Both the position numbers and the translations under genes were made by a program. Of a stretch of 64,000 bases of DNA, positions 27,558 to 38,021 are shown piece after piece. The notes beneath the pieces are model-generated. The model saw only the letters and a list, made by a program, of their open reading frames with translations. It searched no databases and was not told the DNA's origin. The DNA comes from Gammaproteobacteria bacterium (GTDB lineage: Bacteria > Pseudomonadota > Gammaproteobacteria > Eutrophobiales > Eutrophobiaceae). Position 1 is the first letter of the stretch. Each line of letters starts with the position of its first letter. Where the stretch lies: assembly GCA_965116495.1 (NCBI GenBank), contig OZ220696.1, positions 832,001 through 896,000 of the forward strand, read 5' to 3'.

Positions 27558-28244
27558 ATGAATGATCTGTATCTGTACATGAAAAATATCCTGGGTCATG
27601 ATTTCCGTGATACTGAATTATTGACTACGGCCTTGACGCACCGGAGTTTCAGCAGGGATCACAATGAAAGACTTGAATTCCTGGGGGACGCACTGCTCGG
27701 CATGTTTATTGCGGACGAACTGTATAGGAAGTTCCCGCAGGCTGCTGAGAGTGAACTGACACGATTGCGCTCGTCCCTGGTAAAAAAGGAAACACTCGCT
27801 CAACTAGCAATACAACTGGACCTGGGAAGCCAAACCAGGTTCGGCATTGGTGAATACAAGAGTGGGGGAAGGCAGAAGGAGTCACTCCTGGCTAATACCA
27901 TGGAGGCGTTAATTGGCGCGATTTACCTGGATTCAGACCTGGAAAACTGTCGTCGCTTCATCCTGAAACTGTATGCTTCCCTGCTTGACGAATTGACCCT
28001 TGAGAATGTACCGAAAGACCCGAAATCCGAATTGCAGGAATATTTGCAAGCCGGCAGGAAATCCTTGCCGGCATATAATGTGATTGCAGAAGAAGGGGAC
28101 GCGCATGACAAACTGTTCACCATAGAGTGTTATGTTGACGGCATTGTCAAACCCATCGTGGCACAGGGAAGGAGCAAACGAAATGCGGAACAATCGGCGG
28201 CCAGGACGGCACTGCAGATGATAGCCCTGGATGCCGATCAATAA
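27558..28244 (+). CDS. rnc: Ribonuclease III
   Basis: NERLEFLGD signature and C-terminal dsRBD. Confidence 0.97.
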   Translation: MNDLYLYMKNILGHDFRDTELLTTALTHRSFSRDHNERLEFLGDALLGMFIADELYRKFPQAAESELTRLRSSLVKKETLAQLAIQLDLGSQTRFGIGEYKSGGRQKESLLANTMEALIGAIYLDSDLENCRRFILKLYASLLDELTLENVPKDPKSELQEYLQAGRKSLPAYNVIAEEGDAHDKLFTIECYVDGIVKPIVAQGRSKRNAEQSAARTALQMIALDADQ

Positions 28245-28303
28245 TATATTTGGGGTCAGTGTAAAAACTCATAACAGGTTTTCCGACCCCTGGCAGGCTG
28301 AAT

Positions 28304-29215
28304 ATGAGTTTTTACACTGACCCCAATTATTCCGATTTCAAGGCGGGTTACGTTTCCATTATAGGTCGACCCAACGTCGGCAAGTCGACACTGCTGAACC
28401 GGCTTATCGATCATAAAATCAGTATCGTTTCCAGGAAACCGCAAACCACTCGCTGGCAGATAAAAGGGATTAAATCGACCCCGGAATACCAGATTGTCTT
28501 TACCGACACCCCAGGGTACCAAAACACCCACAAGAGTGCGATCCACCGCTATATGAACAGGGAGGTGATAAACTCACTGGCGCATATCGACGTGGTGTTG
28601 TTCGTCGTCGAGGCTGTGAAGTGGAACCACAGGGATGACCTGGTCGCGGGTTTGCTGGATGAAATCACTGCGCCACTGGTGCTGGTAATCAATAAACTGG
28701 ACCTGCTCAAGGACCACGCTGCATTACTGCCGTACATAGATGATTTGAAAGAAAAGCTGCCGTTCGCGGAAATCATCCCTCTCTGTGCAAGGCGCCGGCG
28801 GGACGTTGAATTGCTGGAACGAAAAGTGGCCTCAATGCTGCCTGCAGGAGAACCCCTGTTTCCAGTTGACCAGGTAAGCGATAAAAGCACGCGTTTCATC
28901 GCAGCTGAATATATCCGGGAGAAGGTTATGGCGCACATGGGAGATGAACTGCCTTACAGGGTATCCGTTACCATTGACGAATATAATGACGAGAGAACAT
29001 TATTGTCCATATTTGCCACCATCTGGGTAGAACGCCGGTCACACCGCGCCATCCTTATTGGTGAAAACGGCAGGATGTTAAAATCTATCGGCGCTGAGGC
29101 GCGCATTGAACTGGAGAAATTCTTCACTAAAAAAGTATTTCTGCAAACCTGGGTAAAAACCAAACAAAGCTGGACTGAAGATGTCAAGGCGTTGAAGACA
29201 CTGGGTTATAATTGA
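28304..29215 (+). CDS. era: GTPase Era
   Basis: GRPNVGKST, QTTR, DTPG, NKLD, KH domain. Confidence 0.97.
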   Translation: MSFYTDPNYSDFKAGYVSIIGRPNVGKSTLLNRLIDHKISIVSRKPQTTRWQIKGIKSTPEYQIVFTDTPGYQNTHKSAIHRYMNREVINSLAHIDVVLFVVEAVKWNHRDDLVAGLLDEITAPLVLVINKLDLLKDHAALLPYIDDLKEKLPFAEIIPLCARRRRDVELLERKVASMLPAGEPLFPVDQVSDKSTRFIAAEYIREKVMAHMGDELPYRVSVTIDEYNDERTLLSIFATIWVERRSHRAILIGENGRMLKSIGAEARIELEKFFTKKVFLQTWVKTKQSWTEDVKALKTLGYN

Positions 29216-29373
29216 GAATTACGAATTACGAATTACGAATTGAGAATTACGAATTATGAATTACGAATTACGAATTAAAGGTAGGACTTCGTTGTGTATA
29301 TTCCCCATAACGACTGCATATACCCTACATTCCTAATTCCTAATTCTTAATTCCTAATTCCTAATTCCTAATT
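29210..29373. repeat. Heptamer tandem arrays in inverted orientation
   Basis: About 9.5 units of AATTACG (variants AATTGAG, AATTATG) at 29210-29277; about 6 units of ATTCCTA at 29329-29373. Confidence 0.92.
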
Positions 29374-29379
29374 GAATTT

Positions 29380-30093
29380 ATGCGGGTTGAACTGAACCCC
29401 TGTTATATCCTGCACAATCGCTCATACCGTGAGACGAGCTTGATACTGGACGTGTTTTCGCGCCGGCATGGCAGGATTGGCCTGGTGGCGAAAGGGGCCA
29501 GAAAACAGAAAAATGACAAGCGGGCATTGTTACAGCCGGGTCGCAAAATCAGTATGGCCTGGACGATGCGCAGGGAACTGGGCACCATGACCCAGGCAGA
29601 ACCCTGCCAGGGCAGTCAGACGCATGGAACGGGAGGACTGTTGACTGTTTTTTATATCAATGAATTGCTGGTTAAATTACTGCATCGGCATGAACCGCAT
29701 CCGGAACTTTTCGATGCCTATGATGAAGCAATCGGCAGGTTAATTGATACATCGACGGAGCAAACCACTCTCAGGATATTTGAAAAGCGATTGCTTGAAG
29801 CGCTGGGGTATGGATTGGTGCTGGGTTCGGATATTGAAGGCAATGCCATCAAGGCGGAACAGAAATATAATTACCTGTTGGAACAAGGCCCGGTTCTGCG
29901 TGATTCTCCTGACGGAAACGGCATGAGAATCTCCGGTCGAACATTGGCAGCCCTGGCTGAAGAGAAGCTCGGTGATGACCATGTGCTGGCTGAGGCCAAA
30001 CAACTGATGAGAATGGCGTTGGGTAATTTACTGGGCAACAAGCCGCTGGTCAGCCGGGAATTATACACCTACAGTTTGAACATGAAACAGTAA
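29380..30093 (+). CDS. recO: DNA repair protein RecO
   Basis: [21 protein letters not shown] and FYINELL; era-recO-pdxJ synteny. Confidence 0.95.
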   Translation: MRVELNPCYILHNRSYRETSLILDVFSRRHGRIGLVAKGARKQKNDKRALLQPGRKISMAWTMRRELGTMTQAEPCQGSQTHGTGGLLTVFYINELLVKLLHRHEPHPELFDAYDEAIGRLIDTSTEQTTLRIFEKRLLEALGYGLVLGSDIEGNAIKAEQKYNYLLEQGPVLRDSPDGNGMRISGRTLAALAEEKLGDDHVLAEAKQLMRMALGNLLGNKPLVSRELYTYSLNMKQ

Positions 30094-30101
30094 AACAGCC
30101 A

Positions 30102-30833
30102 ATGAATCCGATAAAACTGGGCGTTAACATCGACCACGTGGCAACGTTGCGCCAGGCAAGATTTACCCGGTATCCCGAGCCGGTTCACGCTGCTTTGACA
30201 GCCGAGCAGGCCGGCGCCGACTCAATAACCATACACCTGCGCGAGGACCGCCGGCATATCCAGGAAAGGGACGTGGAAATGTTGAAGGACGTTCTGACGA
30301 TACCGATCAACCTGGAAATGGCGGTCACTGAAGAAATGTTGACGCTGGCGGAAAAATTCCGACCGGATTACTGCTGTTTCGTCCCTGAGCGGCGGGAAGA
30401 GTTGACCACGGAGGGCGGCCTGGAAGTGGCCGGCCAGCAGGAAAGGGTCTCCGCAGCCTGCGCCAGGCTGCAGGACAACGGTTCCAGGATATCCCTGTTC
30501 ATAGATGCAGATGCCGGCCAGATAGACGCGGCAGTCAATGCCGGCGCCGACATGATAGAAATTCACACGGGGCATTATGCGGATTGCGACGGTCCTGAAG
30601 CGCTCACCGTTGAATACAACAGGATTGTCCGGGCAGTGGAGCATGCAGCGGAAACCCCGTTGCAAATCAACGCCGGACACGGACTGCATTACCATAACGT
30701 CAACCCGATCGCCGCGCTCGAACAGGTTGCCGAGCTGAACATCGGCCATTCCATCATAGCCAGGGCGCTATTCTCCGGCCTCTACCAGGCGGTTAAGGAC
30801 ATGAAGGCCCTGATGGACGAAGCCAGACGATAG
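30102..30833 (+). CDS. pdxJ: Pyridoxine 5'-phosphate synthase
   Basis: [36 protein letters not shown]. Confidence 0.98.
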   Translation: MNPIKLGVNIDHVATLRQARFTRYPEPVHAALTAEQAGADSITIHLREDRRHIQERDVEMLKDVLTIPINLEMAVTEEMLTLAEKFRPDYCCFVPERREELTTEGGLEVAGQQERVSAACARLQDNGSRISLFIDADAGQIDAAVNAGADMIEIHTGHYADCDGPEALTVEYNRIVRAVEHAAETPLQINAGHGLHYHNVNPIAALEQVAELNIGHSIIARALFSGLYQAVKDMKALMDEARR

Positions 30834-30854
30834 CCCGGAGCGGGTATGATGAAG

Positions 30855-31808
30855 TTACGCCTGCCCATGGGAAATGTGGTTTAAAACCGCATCCAGGTCT
30901 GCCGGCAACGGTGCGACAAATCGATATTCTCCGGTTTTTTTCAATGCCGGTACGGTGAGTTTGCCGGCGTGTAAAAACATGCGCTTCAGGCCCAGCGCGC
31001 GCATCTTCCTGTTGAATTCCCTGTCACCGTATTTTCCGTCACCGGCAAGGGGATGGCCGATCGAGTTGGCATGGACCCTGATTTGATGAGTCCGGCCGGT
31101 AGCAATCCTGACCCTGACGTGAGTTGCATTCCGGTAAACCCTTACTGACGAAAATTCGGATACGGCAGCCTTGCCGGTACTTTCAACCCTGACCAGCCCT
31201 TCACCGTAGCGGTTCCTGTGACGTTGTAACGGACTATCAACCCTAATCTTTTTATCGTGCAGGCGGCCTTGCAACAGGGCCTGGTATTCTTTATGCACGG
31301 CGCCCATTTTCAAGGCCTGGTTGAGCCGGCGCAGGACAACCATATTTTTTGCTACCAGCAGACAACCGGAAGTCTCCTTATCCAGCCGGTGAATCAAATG
31401 CAGATCCTGCTTTTGCCGGTATAACCGGCGCAGGAGTTCAATAACTCCAAATACACTTCCGCCGCCTGCATGTACGACAAGACCGGGGGGCTTGTTAACG
31501 ACAATAAGCTGCTCATCCTCGTACATCACACAGGTTTTTATCATCTCGACCAGGCGCACCGGTGGGTCGGCGGCGCGTTCGGCAGGTTGTTCAAATACGG
31601 GGGGAATTCGGAGAATGTCCCCCGGTTGCAAACGATAGTCCTGCTTGATGCGGCCACCGTTTGCCCTGACCTCGCCGCGTCTCAGCATCTGGTATATGCG
31701 ACTTTTGGGTATGGGTTTCAGGTAAGCGAGTAAAAAATTATCAATGCGCCGGTCGGCATGTTCATCATCGATGACAACCCTTTCCGTTTTGCGTGTTTTA
31801 TAAATCAT
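30855..31808 (-). CDS. rluC: 23S rRNA pseudouridine synthase (RluA family with S4 domain)
   Basis: RIDNFL S4 domain, HRLDKETSG, TGRTHQIRVH; divergent from rne. Confidence 0.9.
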   Translation of the reverse strand: MIYKTRKTERVVIDDEHADRRIDNFLLAYLKPIPKSRIYQMLRRGEVRANGGRIKQDYRLQPGDILRIPPVFEQPAERAADPPVRLVEMIKTCVMYEDEQLIVVNKPPGLVVHAGGGSVFGVIELLRRLYRQKQDLHLIHRLDKETSGCLLVAKNMVVLRRLNQALKMGAVHKEYQALLQGRLHDKKIRVDSPLQRHRNRYGEGLVRVESTGKAAVSEFSSVRVYRNATHVRVRIATGRTHQIRVHANSIGHPLAGDGKYGDREFNRKMRALGLKRMFLHAGKLTVPALKKTGEYRFVAPLPADLDAVLNHISHGQA

Positions 31809-32279
31809 CAATGAATTATGAATTATGACATTGCCGTAACGCTTTATATTTGTTATAGTTGCCGTGTCGATGCTGATCATCATATATCCTGCAAGGATAA
31901 GCCATATCAGGACACATGTCTTTAACGGGAACAGAAATTGAGAAACGGAGCCTGAATAAACCGGATTAGTTTTGACTAACGGTGCTCCGAACCTGACATC
32001 GATTAAACATGGCTTGACAAGCGTTTTGCAGGGTAACTTGAAAGTAGGTGATAACCGACTGAAGTTATTATCATGCGGGTATTGTAAGTTTTAGCAGCCC
32101 GGGGCGCGCGACTGTGCCGGATATGAAAATGTAACCATATCGGCATACCCGGGTTTAGTCGTAGCTGCAAAACGGCAGCACGAGAACAGATTAACGTGGC
32201 TCCCATCCGTCAGCCGGTATAGCCGGCTGCTGACTGTCTGTCAGGGCATGGTCGAGCTGAAAAGTAAAGGACATTTACA

Positions 32280-34295
32280 ATGAAAAGAATGTTGATTAAC
32301 GCAACTCAGCCGGAGGAGTTGCGGGTGGCGCTAGTGGATGGCCAACGTTTGTATGATCTTGATATTGAAGCAACAGGGCGAGAACAGAAGAAATCAAGCA
32401 TCTATAAATGCCGTATCGTCAGGATAGAACCCAGCCTTGAAGCTGCATTTGTTGATTTCGGCGCCGAAAGACATGGTTTCCTCCCATTTAAGGAAATTGC
32501 CCGCTCCCTGCTCAAATCCAGAAATAATGAGGATAATCGCAGCCGCGTAAACGTCAAGGACGCGCTGGAGGTAGGACAGGAATATATAGTCCAGGTGGAA
32601 AAGGAAGAACGCGGGAACAAGGGTGCGGCCCTGACCACATTTATCAGTCTTGCCGGCCGCTACCTGGTCCTTATGCCCAATAACCCCAGGGCGGGGGGGG
32701 TCTCCAGACAGATAGAAGGCAATGATCGAAGTGATGCCCGCGAGGCAATGAGCACACTGGAAATTCCCCAGGGCATGGGCTTGATTCTACGTACCGCCGG
32801 CGTAGGCAAGAGTGCTGAAGAATTGCAGTGGGACCTGGACTACCTGAAGGTGCTCTGGGATTCCATCAAGACAGCAGCCAAGGAAAAACCCGGGCCGTTC
32901 CTTATTTACCAGGAGAGTGAAGTAATCATCAGGGCAATCCGGGATTACCTGAGGAGCGATATCGCCGAGATCTGGGTCGATGATAATGATATCTTCCACA
33001 GGGCACGGGACTTTATGCAACAGGTTATGCCCCATAACCTGAGCAAGTTGAAACTCTATTCAGGAAGCGATCCCCTGTTCAGTCGGTACCAGATCGAGGG
33101 ACAGATTGAAACTGCTTTTGCCAGGGAGGTCCAACTCCCGTCCGGAGGCGTGCTGATCATCGATCATACCGAGGCTCTGACCTCCATAGATATCAATTCA
33201 GCGCGCGCTACCAAGGGTGAAGACATTGAAGAAACGGCGTTTAATACCAACCTGGAAGCGGCCGATGAAATTGCACGGCAATTACGTCTGCGTGACATGG
33301 GCGGCCTGTTTGTCATCGACTTTATCGACATGGCGAACAACAGGAACCAGCGTGATGTGGAAAACCGCCTGAGGGACGGTCTCAAGGTAGATCGCGCCCG
33401 GGTGCAAACAGGCCGTATTTCGCGTTTTGGCCTGCTTGAGATGTCGCGTCAGAGATTAAGACCATCCCTGGGAGAATCGAGTCACATACCATGCCCGCGC
33501 TGTGACGGGCAAGGGACTATCCGCGGTATCAAGTCGTTGTCACTGGCAGTCCTGAGAATTATCCAGGAGGAAGCCATGAAAGAATTGACGGCTAAAGTAG
33601 TGGCTCAGATGCCGGTGGATGCCGCCACCTTTTTGCTGAATGAGAAGCGCCAGTCCATACGCGAGATAGAACAACGCCTGGACGTGGAAATTATTATAAG
33701 TCCCAACCCGATGATGGAGACTCCTCAATACCAGGTACAACGCATAAACCTCTCGGAGTCTGCGTCGGACTTGTCCCAGAAAGAAAGTTACAAATTTGCG
33801 GAAGTCAAACAGGACGCCGCTACAGGCGCTATTACCAACGATAGCCGGAAAATACCGGAAAGACCTGCCTTGACACAGGTTATCCCGGAAAGACCGGTTC
33901 CTACAGCAAAACCGAATAAGGGAAAAGGACTGCTGAATCGACTGTTCGATAAGCTGTTTCACTCTCCTGATGAACAGAAAAAACCGGACAGTAAGGCCAC
34001 GCCCAAGAAACCCCAGTCCCAGCGCAGTAGAGGCAGAAACAGATATTCCGGTAACCAGGCGAACAGGCAACAACGCAGGGGGTCCCGCAGGAACGATAAT
34101 TCTGCGGGCAACAGCCAGCGCAGACAGGGAAACCGGGACCAGTCCAATAATGAAAATCGGCAATCCCGCTCCACCGCGAGAACCAGGAATAGCCGTGAAA
34201 AAAAACAGGTGAGTGACAATCCCGACAGCAGCATCAAACCTGATAACGGTGTGGAAAAAACGGAAGTCGCCGTCAGCACAACGCCGGAAGAGTAA
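32280..34295 (+). CDS. rne: Ribonuclease E (short C-terminal region)
   Basis: [25 protein letters not shown] Zn-link, amphipathic [12 protein letters not shown], Arg-rich tail. Confidence 0.96.
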   Translation: MKRMLINATQPEELRVALVDGQRLYDLDIEATGREQKKSSIYKCRIVRIEPSLEAAFVDFGAERHGFLPFKEIARSLLKSRNNEDNRSRVNVKDALEVGQEYIVQVEKEERGNKGAALTTFISLAGRYLVLMPNNPRAGGVSRQIEGNDRSDAREAMSTLEIPQGMGLILRTAGVGKSAEELQWDLDYLKVLWDSIKTAAKEKPGPFLIYQESEVIIRAIRDYLRSDIAEIWVDDNDIFHRARDFMQQVMPHNLSKLKLYSGSDPLFSRYQIEGQIETAFAREVQLPSGGVLIIDHTEALTSIDINSARATKGEDIEETAFNTNLEAADEIARQLRLRDMGGLFVIDFIDMANNRNQRDVENRLRDGLKVDRARVQTGRISRFGLLEMSRQRLRPSLGESSHIPCPRCDGQGTIRGIKSLSLAVLRIIQEEAMKELTAKVVAQMPVDAATFLLNEKRQSIREIEQRLDVEIIISPNPMMETPQYQVQRINLSESASDLSQKESYKFAEVKQDAATGAITNDSRKIPERPALTQVIPERPVPTAKPNKGKGLLNRLFDKLFHSPDEQKKPDSKATPKKPQSQRSRGRNRYSGNQANRQQRRGSRRNDNSAGNSQRRQGNRDQSNNENRQSRSTARTRNSREKKQVSDNPDSSIKPDNGVEKTEVAVSTTPEE

Positions 34296-34325
34296 CGCTC
34301 AGCGGGAAAACTCGCGGACTGGAGC

Positions 34326-35297
34326 ATGAGCAATACCTGGCAGCAGGATACCGGTGAAACGGATCCGGGTTTTGAGCAAACCCTGGTAAATCGGATTGCC
34401 AGGGAATTCCTGGCCGAACAGCGCCGCGCCAGGCGCTGGAATATCGCATTCAAGCTGTTTATCGCCTTGTTCATGCTGCTTTTCCTGTTGATATACCTGT
34501 TTGGCAAAATCGACATATCACCCGGCAAACTGACTGATGGTAAACACACCGCCCTGATAGATATCCAGGGCATTATTGCAAGTAGTTCACAAGCGAGGGC
34601 TGATTATGTAACAGCAAGTTTGCGTGCGGCGTATGAGGACAGCAATACGGCAGGCATCATTCTTCGCATTAACAGCCCGGGAGGCAGCCCTGTTCAGGCA
34701 GGCCATGTCAACGATGAAATCAAGCGTCTGAAAAAAGGCCATCCCGACATTCCGGTTTACGCGGTAATCGGTGACCTGTGTGCTTCCGGAGGCTATTATA
34801 TCGCTGTGGCAGCTGACATGATCTATGCCGATAAGGCCAGCCTGGTCGGCTCAATCGGGGTTGTAATGGCAGGCTTCGGTTTTGTTGACGCCATTGAAAA
34901 ACTGGGGATTCAACGGCGCATGTATCATGCAGGCGAACACAAGTCATTCCTTGATCCGTTTTCACCAGAACAGGACGATGATCTGGATCATCTTGATCAA
35001 CTGCTGGACGGAATTTATCGACAGTTTGTGCAGATCGTAAGGGAAGGCAGGGGTGATCGCCTGGTACAGGATGACAGAATATTTTCCGGTCTGGTGTGGA
35101 CAGGCGAACAGTCCGTAGAGTTGGGCCTGATTGACGGTCTGGGGAATGCCGACTATGTTGCCCGTGAAGTTATCGGGGCTGAAGAGATAGTGGATTTTAC
35201 CTACCAGGATACCTTGCTGGAGCAATTCTCACGGGAGATAGGCGCGTTGTTTACAAACCGTATTAAACAGAGTTACACTCCATATAATATACATTAA
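34326..35297 (+). CDS. S49 family peptidase (SppA-like)
   Basis: INSPGGSPVQ, CASGGYYIA, SLVGSIGV. Confidence 0.93.
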   Translation: MSNTWQQDTGETDPGFEQTLVNRIAREFLAEQRRARRWNIAFKLFIALFMLLFLLIYLFGKIDISPGKLTDGKHTALIDIQGIIASSSQARADYVTASLRAAYEDSNTAGIILRINSPGGSPVQAGHVNDEIKRLKKGHPDIPVYAVIGDLCASGGYYIAVAADMIYADKASLVGSIGVVMAGFGFVDAIEKLGIQRRMYHAGEHKSFLDPFSPEQDDDLDHLDQLLDGIYRQFVQIVREGRGDRLVQDDRIFSGLVWTGEQSVELGLIDGLGNADYVAREVIGAEEIVDFTYQDTLLEQFSREIGALFTNRIKQSYTPYNIH

Positions 35298-35323
35298 TAC
35301 AGTATGTTAACAAGCAATGTTAA

Positions 35324-35389
35324 GAAAACTCTGAACAAGTCCATCCGGGACTTGTCTTCGTGAAGCTCTGACTTAATCTCAGAGGTTCC
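35324..35389. mobile_element. 66-bp miniature element remnant with IS5-like ends and TTAA duplication
   Basis: Left end GAAAACTCTGA versus reverse complement of right end GGAACCTCTGA (9/11); TTAA at 35320-35323 and 35390-35393. Confidence 0.55.
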
Positions 35390-35971
35390 TTAAGGTATTA
35401 TATAACCTTCATTCCGTAGCATTCCCTGCAGTGATATCAAAGGCAGTCCCAGCAGGGCGGTGTTGTCATCGCCACTGATACGACGGACGAGAGTAATGCC
35501 TGCTGCTTCCGATTTGAAGCTGCCGGCACAATCGTAAGGTTTGTCCAGACCCAGGTAGCGTTCGATCTCGGTATCGGTTAATTCCCTGAACTGGACTTCT
35601 ACCGTTACCGTGTCATGCTGTTGTCGTCCCGACCGGCTGTTGATGAGACAAACGCAGGTCAGAAACTCCACCACCTGCCCGGACATAATCTTGAGCTGAC
35701 GCCACGCATCTGCATGTCCCGCAGGTTTCGTCAGTATCTGTCCACCTGCAACAGCCACCTCGTCTGATCCTATCACTAGTGCGTCTGCATGCAATTTCGC
35801 TATAGTCAGGGCTTTTTCCCGGGCCAGTCGCTCGACCAGGGCCGGCGCCGTTTCATCCGCCCTGATTCTTTCATCTATGCCGGGGGGATGACAGATGAAA
35901 GGAAGACGCAACCGTTCCAGCAAGGACTTGCGGTGGACTGATGAAGATGCCAGTACCAGTTTCATTTTCAC
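35390..35971 (-). CDS. maf: Maf family nucleotide pyrophosphatase (YceF-like)
   Basis: LVLASSS..R..LL, IGSDEV, DCAGSFKSE, LLGLPL. Confidence 0.93.
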   Translation of the reverse strand: MKMKLVLASSSVHRKSLLERLRLPFICHPPGIDERIRADETAPALVERLAREKALTIAKLHADALVIGSDEVAVAGGQILTKPAGHADAWRQLKIMSGQVVEFLTCVCLINSRSGRQQHDTVTVEVQFRELTDTEIERYLGLDKPYDCAGSFKSEAAGITLVRRISGDDNTALLGLPLISLQGMLRNEGYIIP

Positions 35972-36014
35972 ATGATGATCCGTAACCCCCTGTCAAGTCA
36001 ATAGTTTGACAGCC

Positions 36015-36186
36015 CAGGGACATCTTAAAGTCATTACCCGCTTTCAAATCTCCCACCCGTCATTCCTGCACAAGCAGGAATCCAGTCAAACAATCATCCA
36101 TTGTTTATAAAAAATTACGTTTTCATTGGATTCCGGATCAAGCCCGGAATGACAGCGGGGCGTATACCGACTTTGAGATTGCCCTG
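36015..36186. mobile_element. Non-autonomous MITE, copy 2
   Basis: TIR CAGGGACATCTTAAAGTC / GACTTTGAGATTGCCCTG; direct repeat TTTGACAGCC at 36005-36014 and 36187-36196. Confidence 0.9.
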
Positions 36187-36187
36187 T

Positions 36188-36216
36188 TTGACAGCCACTT
36201 CTCCGGTCGTTAAACT
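36188..36216 (+). promoter_or_regulatory. Putative sigma70 promoter of the yceD-rpmF-plsX-fab operon
   Basis: TTGACA (36188-36193), 17-nt spacer, TAAACT (36211-36216), 10 nt before the yceD ATG. Confidence 0.6.
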
Positions 36217-36226
36217 TCAAACCCTG

Positions 36227-36727
36227 ATGTCGTCGGATATGCCCCACACGATAGCACCCGGGCGTCTTGCGGGAGCCGGGGTTTGTATTGAAGGACGACT
36301 CGAGTTGCATAAAATGACCCGACTGACCGAGTTGTTGATGGACAACCGGGGCATGGTTAACCTGAAACTTGCTTTTTGTCGCTCTGAGGATGGAATCAGT
36401 TCCATCACCGGAAGGTATGAGACAAACCTGCAACTTGTTTGCCAGCGATGCCTGGAGCCTTTTATGGTAAACCTGGCCCGTAACATTAATGTAGGGATAA
36501 TATTTGAAGGGGCAACATTAAAAAAACTGCCGGAGACACTGGAGCCGCTGGTACTGAAACAGGAAACCATTGTGCTGGCAGAATTTATCGAAGATGAAAT
36601 ATTACTGGGCTTACCGCTTTCACCCATGCATAATCCGGACGATTGTGCCGCAGGAGAACCTGCCATGGAGTATGGTCAATCCGGACCAGGCCCATTCCAG
36701 ATACTGAAAGAACTGAAACCGGGATAA
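36227..36727 (+). CDS. yceD: YceD/DUF177 family protein
   Basis: [20 protein letters not shown] and PF..LK motifs; upstream of rpmF. Confidence 0.9.
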   Translation: MSSDMPHTIAPGRLAGAGVCIEGRLELHKMTRLTELLMDNRGMVNLKLAFCRSEDGISSITGRYETNLQLVCQRCLEPFMVNLARNINVGIIFEGATLKKLPETLEPLVLKQETIVLAEFIEDEILLGLPLSPMHNPDDCAAGEPAMEYGQSGPGPFQILKELKPG

Positions 36728-36743
36728 TCAGGAGGCTGTTAGC

Positions 36744-36941
36744 ATGGCTGTACAACAACGAAAGAAATCAAGTTCGAAACGGGATTCGCGGCGAGCGCAT
36801 GACGCGCTGAAATCTCCCAGCCTTTCGATAGAACCTACGACAGGCGAAGTACACAGACGCCATCATATCAGTCCTGACGGTTATTACCGGGGAACCAAAG
36901 TGCTGAATTCCGAAGAAGATGATGATGATGGTGGTGAATAA
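36744..36941 (+). CDS. rpmF: 50S ribosomal protein L32
   Basis: MAVQQ.KKS.SKR..RRAHD and [17 protein letters not shown]. Confidence 0.97.
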   Translation: MAVQQRKKSSSKRDSRRAHDALKSPSLSIEPTTGEVHRRHHISPDGYYRGTKVLNSEEDDDDGGE

Positions 36942-37004
36942 GGCTGACGGGTCAAGTACTTCCCTGAACAGACAATAATCTGATGGGATTGCCCATAATC
37001 TGAG

Positions 37005-38018
37005 ATGGCTTTCCGTCTGGCACTCGATGCCATGGGAGGGGACCATGGACCTGACGAGATCGTTTCTGCGGCAGTTTATTCGCTGAAAAAACACCAGGAT
37101 ATTGAACTTCTGCTGGTAGGACATGAACATGTAATCAAACCAGGACTGGCGCAACTGAGCCATGACCTGGCTGCCAGGGTTCAGGTAGTCCATGCGCCTG
37201 AAGTCGTTGAGATGGATGAAGCGCCTTCCTTTGCATTGCGCAATAAGAAAAAATCGTCGATGCGGGCTGCCATTGAACTGGTGAAAAAAGGACAAGCGCA
37301 TGCCTGTGTCAGTTCCGGTAATACCGGTGCATTAATGGCAATTTCGCGTTATGTTCTGAAGATGCTCCCGGGTATTGACAGACCTGCCATTTGTACGACC
37401 ATCCCGGGATTAAACGGCCATACCCATATACTCGATCTGGGCGCTAACGTTGATTCCAGCGCAAAACAGTTACTCCAGTTCGCCGTTATGGGAGCGGAAC
37501 TGACCGGCGCCATTGAAAATATCGAATCACCAAAGGTGGCACTGTTGAACGTTGGTACTGAAGAGAACAAAGGCAACAACAGGGTAAAACAAGCGGCATC
37601 ATTACTGTCCGACAGCCACATTAATTACATCGGGTTTGTCGAGGGCAACCACATTTATTCCGGTGACGCTGACGTCATCGTATGCGACGGTTTTGTCGGC
37701 AATATCGCGCTGAAAGCCAGTGAAGGCCTGGCTGAATTTTTTTATCACCAGGTAACCAGCGGATTTCAAAAAAACCTGTACGGCAAACTGGCTGCGGTGA
37801 TCTCGATTCCCGTATTGAAAACCATCCGCAGAAAAACCGATCCCCGGCGCTATAACGGCGCAAGTCTGCTTGGGTTACGCGGAATCGTTATCAAAAGCCA
37901 TGGCAGTGCAGACAGGGTATCCTTCGCAAACGCGATCGAAGAGGCTATTCTCGAGGTGGAGAAAAACATACCTGCAAGAATCACCTCCCGACTGGAAGCT
38001 TTACTGACCAGGGATTGA
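37005..38018 (+). CDS. plsX: Phosphate acyltransferase PlsX
   Basis: LDAMGGDHGP, SSGNTGALM, DLGANVD, DGFVGNIALK. Confidence 0.97.
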   Translation: MAFRLALDAMGGDHGPDEIVSAAVYSLKKHQDIELLLVGHEHVIKPGLAQLSHDLAARVQVVHAPEVVEMDEAPSFALRNKKKSSMRAAIELVKKGQAHACVSSGNTGALMAISRYVLKMLPGIDRPAICTTIPGLNGHTHILDLGANVDSSAKQLLQFAVMGAELTGAIENIESPKVALLNVGTEENKGNNRVKQAASLLSDSHINYIGFVEGNHIYSGDADVIVCDGFVGNIALKASEGLAEFFYHQVTSGFQKNLYGKLAAVISIPVLKTIRRKTDPRRYNGASLLGLRGIVIKSHGSADRVSFANAIEEAILEVEKNIPARITSRLEALLTRD

Positions 38019-38021
38019 CTA

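Noticed and set aside
29210-29373. CRISPR or iteron array
   Set aside because: Contiguous 7-mers with no unique spacers and no rep gene.
31884-32279. Structured rne 5' leader
   Set aside because: A long leader is expected, but I could not match a defined motif by eye; needs an Rfam/Infernal search.
36101-36226. N-terminal extension of YceD
   Set aside because: Derived from MITE and promoter sequence; the likely start is 36227.
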